This document shows, one piece after another, positions 9,902-21,500 of a stretch of 64,000 bases of DNA. Where the stretch lies: contig JANJGN010000052.1 of assembly GCA_026770705.1 (NCBI GenBank), positions 2,542,001 to 2,606,000 on the forward strand, read 5' to 3'. Numbering within the stretch: the first letter of the stretch is position 1; each line of letters starts with the position of its first letter. The notes beneath the pieces were generated by a model, which did not search any database, was not told the origin of the DNA, and worked only from the letters and a program-made list of their open reading frames with translations. Position numbers and translations under genes: made by a program. This DNA is from Isurus oxyrinchus (lineage: Eukaryota).

Positions 9902-12549
9902 CTCTCCCTCTCTCTCTCTCTCTCTCCCTGTCTCTGTCTTTCTTTCTGTGTCTGTCTCTCATTCCCTATCTCCAGCTCCTCCTTTAAGATGCCCGTTAAT
10001 AACTGACTTTGTTGACTCAGCTGTTGGTCTCCTGTCCCTAATATCTCCTCATGTACCTCAGAGTCAGGTGAAGATGTCACTAACAATCCCCGGATGAGCC
10101 TTGGGACATTTTGCTACATTGAAGGTGCTATATAAATGCAAGTAGTTGTAGTAACTCTGATCTGCTTCGATTAACAATGGAACCACAAAGGCTCCTTCGA
10201 CAGGGCGTGTGTGCAGCAGGATCACAATAAATACATTGAGCTGTGAGATTTTTAATTCTTTCATCGAATGTGGCTGTCACTGGTGATGTCAGCGTTAATG
10301 CCCATCCCTAATTGCCCTTGAGAAGGTGGTGGTGAGCTGCCTTCTTGACCCACTGCGGTCCATGTGGTGTAGGTACACCCAAAGTGCTGTTAGAGAGGGA
10401 GTTCCAGGATTCTGACCCAGCGACAGTGAAGGAACGGTGATATATTTCCAAGTCAGGATGGTGAGTGACTTGGAGGGGAACTTCCAGGTGGTGGTGTTCC
10501 CATGTGTCTGCTGCCCTTGTCCTTCTAGATGGTAGAGGTCGTGGGTTTGGAAGGTGCTGTTGAAGGAGCCTTGCTGAGTTGCTGCAGTGCATCTTGTAGA
10601 TGGTACACACACTGCTTCCACTGTGTGTTCATGGTGGAGGGAGTGAATGTTTAATGTGGGGGATGGGGTGTAGATCAATCGGGCTGCTTTGTCCTGGATG
10701 GTGTCAAGCTTCTTGATTCTGTGCTTTGTGCAGAAGTGATTTAAAGAGACAGTCCAGATGTTGGTGTAAGGTTACAGTGGGCTCTGTGTCTGTGCTGCAC
10801 TGACTCTCTGCTATATGATAACCACAGTGTGATATTGTGTTATTGCAGGAGAAAGACAGCGATGGAGGAGAGAGTTTCAGGGACCAGAGACATTGCATTG
10901 ACCCCCAGTCCACTCTCTGTGAAGCACCAGGTACAGGAGCTGTTTACACTCACTCCAAAGCTTCAATCTCAGTGTGTAGACAACACGTGTCCCAGATTCC
11001 CAGCCCAGTTACCCACTGATTTGTACCTGTGGAGTCAGCAATGGTTCAGTATCATGCTGTCTCTCTGTTATGACACAGCAACTGGTAAAGGCTGTTGTTT
11101 AAAATCCCAGAGGGAAACTTTAAACAACTGTCATAACCTATATTTCCCAGTGGAATGTTTGAGATGCAGCTCTAAATTCAGGAATAAGACCATCAGTTCT
11201 TGAGATGGGTTTATATCAAACTACATGAGACATTTATTAATTTTCACAAGTTAATCATATGCACATGGATACAAACTAGTACTATCATAACTTTTTAACA
11301 AATTCCCAAACTAACGTCCTCTAAGACAACCCATAGACTTTAAGCAGATTCCAAGCGAAGCATTTTCACCTCACAAATTCCAAATGAGGTTCCTTTCACT
11401 TTGGTTCCTTTGCAGACAGGTGCAGGCTTACAGCTGCTTTGATGTTACAAGCCTCTGCTCTGCACACACAAAACTGCTCAAGTTATACCCAGTGCTTCTC
11501 TTTGAATGTAAATTCTCATTGTATCATCAGGACCATTGATCTCCATCTCTTCTAACAATAAATCCCCTTTCATTGTCTCAATTTTATTAGTAATATAAAC
11601 ATTGATTGGTTTAAGAATTCACTCCCAGGCTTTGAATCCTCCTTTTAAAAATGCAATATGCCTCTTTACCTCTTTGTTTACATCTCAAAACTACTATACA
11701 TCAAAGTACCCAGATCGGCTGGCTTTTATCCAATTAAAACACACACACACACACCCACAGACTAAACCTCTGTTTAAAAATACAATTTCCAATTACAATA
11801 CATACGTGAATAGATTCATAACCCTTCCTCTCTCTTTCTCTCTCTTTCTCATCATGTCTCTGATTACAAGGTTCATGTTATTGAGCCTCACACCAGGCAC
11901 CTGAGTGCAGAATCCAAGCCGTCACTCACCAGAGCCATTACCGATTGAGTGCGAGACTGACAGAGGGTCAGTACTGAGGGAGTGCTGCTCTGTCGGAGGG
12001 TCAGTACTGAGGGAGTGCTGCACTGTCGGAGGGTCAGTACTGAGGGAGCACTGCACTGTCGGAGGGTCAGTACCGAGGGAGTGCTGCACTGTCAGAGGGT
12101 CTGTACTGAGGGAGTGCTGAACTGTCGGAGGGTCTGTATTGAGGGAGTGCTGCATTGCCATAGGTGGTTACTTTTATATGAATGGAGAGAAATTTAAACT
12201 CACTGAGACAAGACTGACAGTAACGAGGCTGCACAATAAGTTAACCCTATCAGTGCCATTAAATGATGTGAGGATGTCTTCTGTTTCCATTTCTCTGTAG
12301 GGTAAACAGAACGTGCTGATTACTGAGCCCCGGAACACAACCAGAGACACAACTAGTGAGGGGGAGACCCCAGCTCCCCGGGGTCTCTCTGAAGGTCCAG
12401 TGGGAGGCGATGCTGGACATGGAATCCCTGACAATCCCGACGAGCTTCTCTACGCCAATACCCAAGTCTTCAGGGTGCCCAGTGGTGATGGGTCTGTCCA
12501 CAGGGAAGAGGAGACGGAATACGCACAGATCAGATTCAAGCGAAACTGA
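3221..12549 (+). CDS. Siglec-like gene A, 3' portion (C2 Ig exon, TM exon, three alternative cytoplasmic cassettes); 5' exons lie before the window
   Basis: Phase-compatible exons 3221-3502 (1-1), 4021-4117 (1-2), 4839-4920 (2-0), 6357-6605 (0-stop), all paralogous to gene B exons. A 414-N gap between the C2 and TM exons could hide more exons. Confidence 0.8.
4021..4117 (+). CDS. Gene A transmembrane exon [33 protein letters not shown]
   Basis: ttttacag acceptor, gtaagt donor, 97 nt; hydrophobic stretch followed by basic residues; nearly identical to 36534-36630. Confidence 0.88.
4245..4700 (-). mobile_element. LINE 3' fragment (CR1/L2-like family); copies at about 7195-7640 and 10265-10715
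   Basis: Reverse complement matches the + copies at 14480-14900 and 40500-40900 ([35 protein letters not shown]). Confidence 0.8.
4839..4920 (+). CDS. Gene A cytoplasmic exon 1, cassette 1 ([27 protein letters not shown])
   Basis: ttattgcag acceptor, cag|gtacag donor, phase 2-0 joins TM and terminal exon in frame. Confidence 0.8.
5056..5809. mobile_element. Solo-LTR-like element (TGTTATGA...TCATGACA); copies at about 7987-8920 and 11066-11822
   Basis: TG..CA ends with short inverted termini; absent from the paralogous gene B intron; a related copy interrupts a CR1 at 16598-17426. Confidence 0.65.
6357..6605 (+). CDS. Gene A terminal exon, cassette 1 (..[20 protein letters not shown])
   Basis: tctctgtag acceptor, phase 0, open to TGA; C-terminal TEYAQI motif as in CD33-related Siglecs. 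Confidence 0.82.
   Translation, partial: GKQNVLITEPQNTKRDATGEGETPAPRGLSEDAVGGDVGHGNPDKPEEFLYANPQDLRMSSGDGSVHREQETEYAQIRFEHN
7153..7158 (+). terminator. Putative poly(A) signal, cassette 1
   Basis: AATAAA about 550 nt after the stop, at the homologous position in all three cassettes. Confidence 0.5.
7770..7851 (+). CDS. Gene A cytoplasmic exon 1, cassette 2 (RKTTTEERVSGTSDISLTPSSLSVKHQ)
   Basis: Intact splice sites and frame; duplicate of 4839-4920. Use as an alternative exon is unproven. Confidence 0.6.
8415..8592 (+). mobile_element. CR1 3' end inserted only in cassette 2
   Basis: Similar to the CR1 3' end at about 55980-56150, including the tcttatgg tail; absent from cassettes 1 and 3. 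Confidence 0.7.
9418..9666 (+). CDS. Gene A terminal exon, cassette 2 (..[21 protein letters not shown])
   Basis: Intact acceptor and ORF; duplicate of 6357-6605. Confidence 0.6.
   Translation, partial: GKQNVLITEPQNTTRDTTSEGETPAPRGLSKGPVGGDVGHGNPDKPEEFLYANPQVLRMSSGDGSVHREEETEYAQIRFEHN
10226..10231 (+). terminator. Putative poly(A) signal, cassette 2
   Basis: AATAAA homologous to 7153. Confidence 0.5.
10849..10930 (+). CDS. Gene A cytoplasmic exon 1, cassette 3
   Basis: Intact splice sites and frame; duplicate of 4839-4920. Confidence 0.6.
12301..12549 (+). CDS. Gene A terminal exon, cassette 3 (..[21 protein letters not shown])
   Basis: Intact acceptor and ORF. Confidence 0.6.
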   Translation, partial: GKQNVLITEPRNTTRDTTSEGETPAPRGLSEGPVGGDAGHGIPDNPDELLYANTQVFRVPSGDGSVHREEETEYAQIRFKRN

Positions 12550-13154
12550 GTGTGAAACGGGGAGAGGGGGTGAGGAGGTTTGTGGGTGGGGGCCGGGATT
12601 ATGATTCCTTGGAACATGAGACAACCCACTGGCGGAGAGAGGGAGAGAGGGAGGAAGGGACTGAATGGGTCTGCGGTTGGTGTGGTTTGGAATGTAATGT
12701 TTCCCCAGTGACGACTTGATGCTGCGACATTGCGGANNNNNNNNNNNNNNNNNNNNNNNNNNNNNNNNNNNNNNNNNNNNNNNNNNNNNNNNNNNNNNNN
12801 NNNNNNNNNNNNNNNNNNNNNNNNNNNNNNNNNNNNNNNNNNNNNNNNNNNNNNNNNNNNNNNNNNNNNNNNNNNNNNNNNNNNNNNNNNNNNNNNNNNN
12901 NNNNNNNNNNNNNNNNNNNNNNNNNNNNNNNNACTGCCTTGGTTAACTCTGCTTTTGGTCATCTGTCCCTAATATCTCATTATGTGTCTCAGAGATGGAT
13001 TTATATCTCTAACAATCCCCTGAAGAGCTCTGGGACAGTTTGCCTCATTAAGTGTGCTATACAAATGCAAGTTGTTGGAGTATCTTGGACCTGCCTCGAT
13101 TCAGAATGGAACCATGGATACTCCTTCGACAGGGCGTGTGTGCAACAGGCTCGC

Positions 13155-13160
13155 AATAAA
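13155..13160 (+). terminator. Putative poly(A) signal, cassette 3
   Basis: AATAAA homologous to 7153. Confidence 0.5.
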
Positions 13161-14134
13161 TGCATTGCACGGCAACAACTAAGCATGTCCCTTGATGCTG
13201 ATGCATCCCAGTCCTGCTGTGTGGACACATCACAACCGAGGGACTGCCTGACTGCGTGCAGCCAACATGGCTGAATAGTAATTAGCAGAAATGTGACGTC
13301 ACTGAACCTTGTTAACATTTTAGAATGTGCTTTCTGAATTCTGCAACTAGTTCATTCTGTGATAGATTACAAGAAGCCTTTGCATTTTCTATAATATTAC
13401 ATTTATTGTCACAAGGGATTTAAATGCCCAGAAAACTCTGTACAGATATATTTTTATTAAATATCTTACTCTAGGACAACCTTCCTGCTACAATCTGTTA
13501 ATTCATGTCATTGCATTTCCCCACCAAATTATGTAAATTCCTGTGTCCACATTTATCATGAAAATTTCCCATGTAAACATGTCACACTGTACTTACACTC
13601 TCTTGCCAGTGGTGGTGCTGTAGGCGCACCAAATTCTTTCTCAGAGACTGTAGCACATCTCCCAGTTGTCTTTACAATATTATTAAGATACAGGGAATGG
13701 GGACAATCTTCACACTGTGGTTACAATGTTGTTAAGACAGAGAGCTGGTGAAACCTCCCCCCCTCCACAGAGTTGAGGGCAGGGTCAGTTCTGGCTGTGA
13801 GACCCCCACACTCATCCCATGCCCCCTGTTCATTTCTCCATCCCCGCTCTAACTTAGCGCTTTTACACATGAAGTGCGGGGCCCACAGGAAAGTGTGGAA
13901 GGGCTGCCCATCGCAGCTGGAACAAGGAAACTGGCGGGTCTCCCAGGATAGAATGGCGGAGTGGGGGAGGGGGAGCAGTGGGGTCAATATCCACAACCTC
14001 CCCAACACCCCCATCACTGTCACTACCAAGAGGGAACATCAGTCTCGAGACGGAGGCCAGAGTGTGACCAACTGAGACAAACTGAGACTGAAACCAGCAT
14101 CAACCAGTGTCCCAGCAAATAAGGTCAGAGTAGG

Positions 14135-17100
14135 GGAAATGGGGAAAAGACAGAAAGGTTCTTAATCTGAATGCACGCAAGAGAGAATCTAACCAAGCCC
14201 CTTGACATTCAATGGCAGCACCATCACTGAATCCCCGAATATCAACATCCTGGGGGTTACCATAGGCCAGAGAGTGAACTGGACCTGCCATATAAATGCT
14301 ATGACAGTTAGAGCAGCTCAGAGGCTGGGAATCCTGCGGTGAGTAACTCACCTCCTGACTCCTCAAATCCTGTCCATCATCAACATAGCACAAGGCAGGA
14401 GTGTGAATGGAATACTCTCCACTTGCCTGGATGAGTGCAGCTCCAACAACACTCAAGAAGCTCGACACCACCCTGGACAAAGCAGCCCCGCTTGATGGGC
14501 TCCCCCTCAACCACAGCAACACTCACTCCCTCCATCGTCAATGCACAGTGGCAGCAGTGTGTCCCATCTACAACATGAACTTCAGCAACTCAGCAAGGTT
14601 CCTTCAACAGCACCTTCCAAACCCACGAGCTCTACCATCGTGAAGGACAAGGGCAGCAGACATAGGGGAACACCACCACCTGGAAGTTCCCCTCCAAGCC
14701 ACACATCATCCTGATTTTGAAATATATCGCCGTTCCTTCACTGCCACTGGGTCAAAATCTTGGACTTCCTTCTCTAACTGCATTGTGGGTGTACCTACAC
14801 CACATGGAGTGCAGAGGTTCAGGAAGGCAGCTCACCACCACCTTCTCAAGGTAATTAGGGATGGGCCATAAATGCTGGCCTAGCCAGTGATGCCCACTTC
14901 CCATGGAAGAATGAATATATTAAACATAAATTTGGAACAAAATGAATGAAGTTATAGCACAAATAGAGATTAATGGGTACGATAAGATGGACACTGCAGA
15001 GAGTTGGTTGCAAGGTGACCAAGGTTGGAAATTGAAAATTGAAGGATATTTGGACTTTTTGAAAGGATAGGAAAAATGAAAAGGAGGTGGGATAGCTCTG
15101 TTAATAAAAGATGAGACCTCTGAAGTAGTGAGAAATGATTTTGGCTCAGATGTCAAGATGCACAGTCAGTTTGGGTGAACATAAGGAATTGCAAGGGAAA
15201 GAAATCTCTGATGGGTTGGTTTATACTCCCCCCTGACAGTAGTTACACTGCAGGGACAGATTATAAATCAATACATGAGGAGGTCTGTGAGAAAGGCACC
15301 ACATTAATCATGGGAGTTTTCAATCGTCGTATAGATTAGACAAATCAGATTAGCAAATGTAGCTTTCAGCGAGATTATACAGATTGTATTCAGGACAGTA
15401 TTTTAGAACAACCCAACATGGAACCAACCAGGGAAGAGGCTGTTTTAGACCAGGCAATGTTTAATGAGACAAGACTAATTAACATCTCATTGTAAAGGAC
15501 CCTCAAGGGAAGAGTAATCATACCGTGTTGAAATTTAATATTCAGTTTAGAAACTTGGGTCTGAAACTAGTGTCATAAACTTAACTAAAGGCAATTACAA
15601 GGGTTAAAAGCAGAGTTGGCCCAAGTAGAGTGGGACAGCAGGTTAAAGGTGGGTGGGGTGGGTAGATGAGGAGTAACAGGCGTCTAAAGAGATCTTTCAT
15701 AAATTCCAATGAAGATATTTTCCAGTAAGAAAGAAAGAATCTATAAAAAGGATGGAGCATCGGTGGCTAACTCAGGAAGCTAAGGACGGTATCCAATTGT
15801 GAGATAAAGCCGGCAATGTTGGGATGCTTAGTGATAGGCTGGAGATTGGGAATATTTGAGAAACCAGAAAAGTGAGGGGAGAAATATAAGGAGGCAGAAA
15901 TGATGATATGAGAGTAAACTAGCAAGAACCATAAACAATGACAGTGAGATGTTGTACATTAAAATAAGAGAGAAGCTACAGTAATAATGGGACACATAGA
16001 AAATCAGACTGGGGAATTAATAATGGGAAACAAGGAAATGACAGAGACTTTCAACAAGAATTTTGTGTCTGTCTTCACAGTAAAAATCTCTAAAACCATC
16101 CCAATAGCAGGAGAAAGTCACGGTGCAACAAGGAGGGAGGAACATAAAACAATCACTATCACCAGAGAAAAAGTATTAAGAAAACTAATGAGACAAATGC
16201 TGACAAGTCCCATGGAGCAGACGGCCTGAATGTGAGGGTCTGAAAGGAAATGGCTGCAGAGACGGTGGATGCATTGGTTGTAATCTTCCAGAATTCCTTA
16301 GATTATGGGAAGGTCCCAGCGGATTGGAAAAACATAAATGAAACATTTCTGTTCAATAAAGGGGGAGGTAGAAAGCAAGAAACCACAGGTCAGTTAGTCT
16401 AACATCTGTCATTGGGAAAATACCAGAATTCATTATGAAGGAGGGAGCAGCAGGACATTTAGAAAACCATAATTCAATCAGACAGAGTCAACATGGGTTT
16501 GTGAAAGGGATATCATGTTTGAAAAAATAATTAGATTTCCTCGAGGATGTAACAAGTGGATTGGATAAAGTGGAACCGGTAGATGTGGTGTATTAGGGAC
16601 TATGACACAGCCAAGGGTAAAGGCTGAGTTGTTCAAATCCCAGCGGGAAAATTGAAACAACTGTCGTAACCCAATTTTGCTGATTGTAATTTCGAGATGA
16701 AGACTTTGAATTCAGTAGGAATTAGACCACCGAGACTTGTGGGTTTTTTTATATAAAACTAAATAAACCATTTATTAATTTAACAACAAATTTAACACAT
16801 ACACATTGGCTACAAATAACTACTATAATAAATCTTTAACAAATCCCCAATTAATCAACCCCACGTAAACCTCTACTAAGGCAACAATGAACCATTGACA
16901 TAATATAGACACCAGGCAAAGCACATTTGACATTACGAATTCCGAATGAGGTTCCTTTGCAAGTTGGTTGGAGGCTACAGGCTGGTTAGGTCTGAAATGC
17001 TCCTGCCTCACACACACAAACTCCTTCCTTTATATAGCTAGCTTTCCCTTTGAATGTAAATTTTCCATTGTATCACTCGGTCTTCTGAACTCCAGCTCTT

Positions 17101-17830
17101 CGAACAATAAACCCCCTTTCATAGCACCAATTTCATTAGTAAGTTCAAGAAAAAACACATCTTTTGGCTCCTTCTAACTAGGTGCAAGATTTTACCCCCA
17201 GTCTGGAATGGTTTATTCAACAATTGCAAATGAACACTTTACTGTTCTCCTCACAATTCACCCAATTAACATCTCAAAACTACTAAACATCAAAGCACAC
17301 AGACCAGCTGGCTTTAATCCAATTAAGACACACACAGACATACCCCTATACATGGACCACCACTAGAATTCTATTTGAAAATATTATTTCCAAGCACACG
17401 TTACACACAAATATCTCTTCATGACATTGGATTTCCAAAAGGCATTCGATAAGGAGCCACATCAAAGGATACTGCACAGGGTGAAATTGAATGGTGTTGG
17501 GGGTGATATATTAATATGGATAGAGGACTGGCTAACTGACAGGAAACAGAGAGCCAGGATAAATGGGTGATTTTCAGCTTGGTAAACTGTAACTAGTGGA
17601 GAGCCACAGGGATCAGTGCTGAGGCCTCAACTATTCACTATCTACATTAGTGACTTGGATGAAGACACTGACTGTACTGTAGGCAGATTTTCTGACTGTA
17701 TGGTGAAGATAGGTAGGAAATATATAACCTGGGCAGGAAAGCTGGTTGTGAGGAGGACACAAAGAGGCTGCAGAGGGAGATAAATAGTTTCCGTGAGTGG
17801 ATAAAATAATGTGTGGATGGAATATAAGGA
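14135..17830 (+). mobile_element. Decayed CR1 LINE ORF2 (endonuclease to RT) with a nested LINE fragment (about 14181-14915) and a solo LTR (16598-17426)
   Basis: Recognisable remnants LNAR, GGGIALLIKD, IMGxFN, EPTREEA, VDVVYxDFQKAFDK (split by the insertion) and PQGSVL, with many stops and frameshifts. Confidence 0.85.
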
Positions 17831-17998
17831 GTGAAAATGTCAGGGTGTCCAGCTGATCCTACTTGTTCTGTTCTTATATTCTTATACAGACACAGGGTTT
17901 ACTGACAGTGCACAGCAAAGTGCTGTTCACTCACTTTGTTCCAACTTCCTCATTTTGTCTCACAGTGACACATCAGCCCTTTCTAATTAAATACACAG

Positions 17999-18083
17999 AG
18001 GGAGCAGCACAGGAAGAGGTCATTCAGCCCAAGCAGAGCGTGTGGGCAGTTCATCCCCAGGCGAGCAGTCGGACAGGTCCTGG
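17999..18083 (+). other. 85-nt exon upstream of the gene B signal exon (probable 5'UTR exon), near-identical to the gene C cytoplasmic exon 61846-61930
   Basis: aaatacacag acceptor, tgg|gtaagt donor, no ATG; about 390 nt before the signal exon acceptor, as in gene C. Confidence 0.55.
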
Positions 18084-18515
18084 GTAAGTAACAGAACGAT
18101 TGGAATTCACTTCCACCACCAACACCGTCCTTTGTTGATGTTGTGACTTTATAAAGACATTTTCCAATGATCGATGCCTTTGAAAGATTTCTACTGATTA
18201 TTGAGATCTGGGTGTGAGGCTCAAGTCTGTTGTACAGAACATCTTTCTAGCTCAAGGGACATGAGCTTGGGGCATCCTGAGGTGGTGAAAGGTGCTATAG
18301 AAATGCAAGTCCTTCATTGTTTTTCTTTCTGAAAGCCTTGTAACTCTCTGCAGAGCACCTATCATCCCACAGAGAATCAAAGTAGTCTGTGAAGATATTG
18401 TCTAAAAGCAGTTCTGATCTCTCGAGAGCATTCGGACAAGAGGTGAAGTCTCATTAACTCCTTTCTCTTTCAGAACTTCAGAGTTAGAAGCTAAAGGAAT
18501 ATCTGGGAGCAGACA

Positions 18516-18555
18516 ATGATCGGGAAATCTTACTTCCTCCTGTCACTTCTCCAAG
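18516..18555 (+). CDS. Gene B signal peptide exon [13 protein letters not shown](V)
   Basis: ATG, hydrophobic core, caag|gtaat phase-1 donor; acceptor at 18473; conserved in gene C. Confidence 0.8.
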
Positions 18556-21500
18556 GTAATATCATCATCAGCTCGGACAGACTTATGGTTAATAGTCTTT
18601 GTAAAAGATCATTCTTATTGACCTCTAATTGGGAACTGATTTAGCAGTGAGCCAGTGTACAAACTCACACTATGTCCCATTCATCCATCACTCCTCTGCT
18701 CACTGATATACACTGACACCCTGTCTGACAGCAGAATTGGAGGACAGCAGAGGCCTTGGAGGGTTGTAGGGGCTGGAGAAGTGTACAGGGATAGGCAGGT
18801 TTGTAGCAGCGAGAGCAGAATCTCAAAATTCAGGTGCTGTCAGACGTTGGTCAGTGAGCAATGGGGATTGATGGATTGAATAGAGAAGCAGGGATAAAAC
18901 CTGGTGGGTGAAGCCTATCCTAATGAGAGTTATCCGATAGCAATAACCTGAAATTTGTGTCCTTTGCTGCCTTTATTCAAAACTTCCCATGAAGACAACA
19001 CAGCAGCTCCTAGAATAGACAGGCTGTTCAGTGTCACACTTCCTGTCCATTCTCACCTTGCTAGATACTTCAATAAGGGAGCAAGATAACTGAAAGAGAG
19101 AAGGAAGGTAAAGCTGTCCGTGTGTAAAACTGTCAAATATTCTGAGTTATCATGATTGTCTCTGACCTGCTGCAGAGTTTAAATTTCACAGAATCTGAGC
19201 ACTTTGCAGCTCAGAGAGAGACCATTGACTCACTGCCTGAAAGGGCGGTGGAAGCAGATTCAACAGGAACTTTCAGAAGGGGAACTGGATAAATACTTGA
19301 AGGGAAATTTGCAGGGATGTGCGAAAGGTGCTGGAGAGGAATTGGGAAAGAGTCAGCACATGCACGATGGGTCAAACAAGCTCCTCCTGTGTTGTATCAT
19401 TCAACAATCAGACAATTTAAGACCCTTGTCAGCAAATCTTCAGAATCCTGCTGAATCACAGATGTTTCAGAAGGACAGGGAACAAGAAGTTTCTGGTATC
19501 AGCGTTTCATGTGGGGCCCAGTTCAGTTTGAACAAAAAAAATGACAACAGCATCTTTGAAAGTCATGAACCCACCACAGCGGCATCTCCGACACATGCAG
19601 AGCTCAGGCTAGAGGCACTTTGTTAGTGTGTTTCTCAGTGTCTGCTGGAGTAGGGTCAGTGCTGAGCTTGGGGACAAGTCAGTCTACAATGCTGCATCGG
19701 AATCAACAATACAACAATATGGGGTTTGGATCAGAAATAATCCCTTAGACAATGAGGATCCAAAGAGATTCCTGAGACAATGAGAATCCAAAGAGATTCC
19801 TTATTCCATCGGTTGTCTTACTGGGGTCCATGATTTTCCAAGGGGTCCTTGGCAGAATCAAATTATCGAGCAATAGTGTGTAAAATACCGGAGAGAACGG
19901 GAAAGGTGGGATCAATGGAAAACTGTTCACTCTGTTTACACTAATGGGAGTCAGTCTCAGTAATGGAGACCATGAAACTATCATCGATTGTCATACACAC
20001 CCATCTGGTTCACTAATGGCCTTTAGGGAAGGAAATCTGCCGTCTATATCTGGTCTGGCCTACATGTGACTCCAGACTCATAGCAACGTGGTTCCTCTGA
20101 AATGTCCGAGCAAACCATCCAGTTCTCACCATGCTAGAAACTTCAATAAGGGAGTAAGATAACTGAAAGAGAGAAGGAAGCCTAAGCTGCTCATGTGGAT
20201 AGATGTCAAATATCCTGAGTGATCATGATTGTCTCTACTCTGCTACAGAGATTATGTCACGGGACATTAGAGATGGGCAGCAAATGCTGGCCTTGGCAGC
20301 GACGCCCACATCCCATGAATGAATACATTTACAAAATCTTATTACTTGGAAGGTGCAAGTGCAGGTTGTTATGATCCTTGAGCAGACCCTCTCAGCACTG
20401 ACCCTACTCCAGCAGACCCTGTGAAACACACTAACAAAGCGCCTCTCGCCTGAGCTCTGCATGTGTCGGAGGTGCCACTGTGGTGGGTTCATGACTTTCA
20501 AAGATGGTGTTGTTTATTTGTTCAAACTGAACTGGGCCCCACACAAAACGCTGACACCAGAAACTTCTTGTTCCCTGTCCTTCTGAAATATCCGTGACTT
20601 CAGCAGGATTCTGAAGAGTTGCTGATGGAGGAACAGGCACCCAATTTTTTTTGATAATTTACAGTTAGGAACCAATAATATTTTGTTTCAAGTAGACGAG
20701 GTTTGAGATTTAAGACGCTTGCAAAGAGAATAAAGCTACAAGATTCCATGGCTTTTAAACAAACAAAAATAAACTTTACCAGCTCAGAAAGATAAAATAA
20801 TTCACAATATCCACCTTATACCCTAACATTCTGGATTAATATGAGCTCATGTGAATTAACAGGCAAACTGTGGTCTCACAGCCACATTACTCATTAAATT
20901 GTAAACGCAACCAAGACAGATCCCATGGATTTCACAACAACCCACCCGGACATCAGTGAACACTGTCAGTCAACCAATCTCACTGAAACTCTGTTTCTCT
21001 CATGAGGGATTCCAATCTTCAACTTCGTACATCCTGCCTTGGAATTCTCTCCAAAAGTCGCTTCAACTCGGATGGCCTCAGTGACGTTCCACCTCACAGG
21101 GTTTCCATCTCTTCTCCTGAGGCTCCATTGCCCTGGATTCCCCACTATATACTCAAGCACCACTAGGATTAGATGAAAGGTTTTGATTGACTGGGTAGAC
21201 AAAGAATGTTCCCTCTTGTGGGCAGGAGAATAACTAGAGGCCGAGTGATTGGTGATACCTTAAACATTGAAGAGGGAATGAACACCAATCAGATTGAATC
21301 AGATTAGCCAATCAGCTGTGTTGAAGAGCAGACAGGAATGTTTGGCTAATTAGTGATTCATGACGGTGATAATGGGGGGAGTTCTGAGGGCTCCTAATCC
21401 ATTGTCCTGTCTTGTAAATCAGCACTGAATGGATCTCAATTGGTGGGTCTTGTTGACACTGTGTTGGGTGGAAGACTGGCTTCACTAAGGGGAAGCGGTA

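Larger units (their letters stand above)
4226..13170 (+). repeat. Tandem triplication of a ~3 kb unit (LINE fragment, cyto exon 1, solo LTR, 33-bp array, terminal exon, 3'UTR)
   Basis: Homologous positions 4839/7770/10849 (periods 2931 and 3079); units start at about 4226, 7164 and 10237. Confidence 0.95.
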
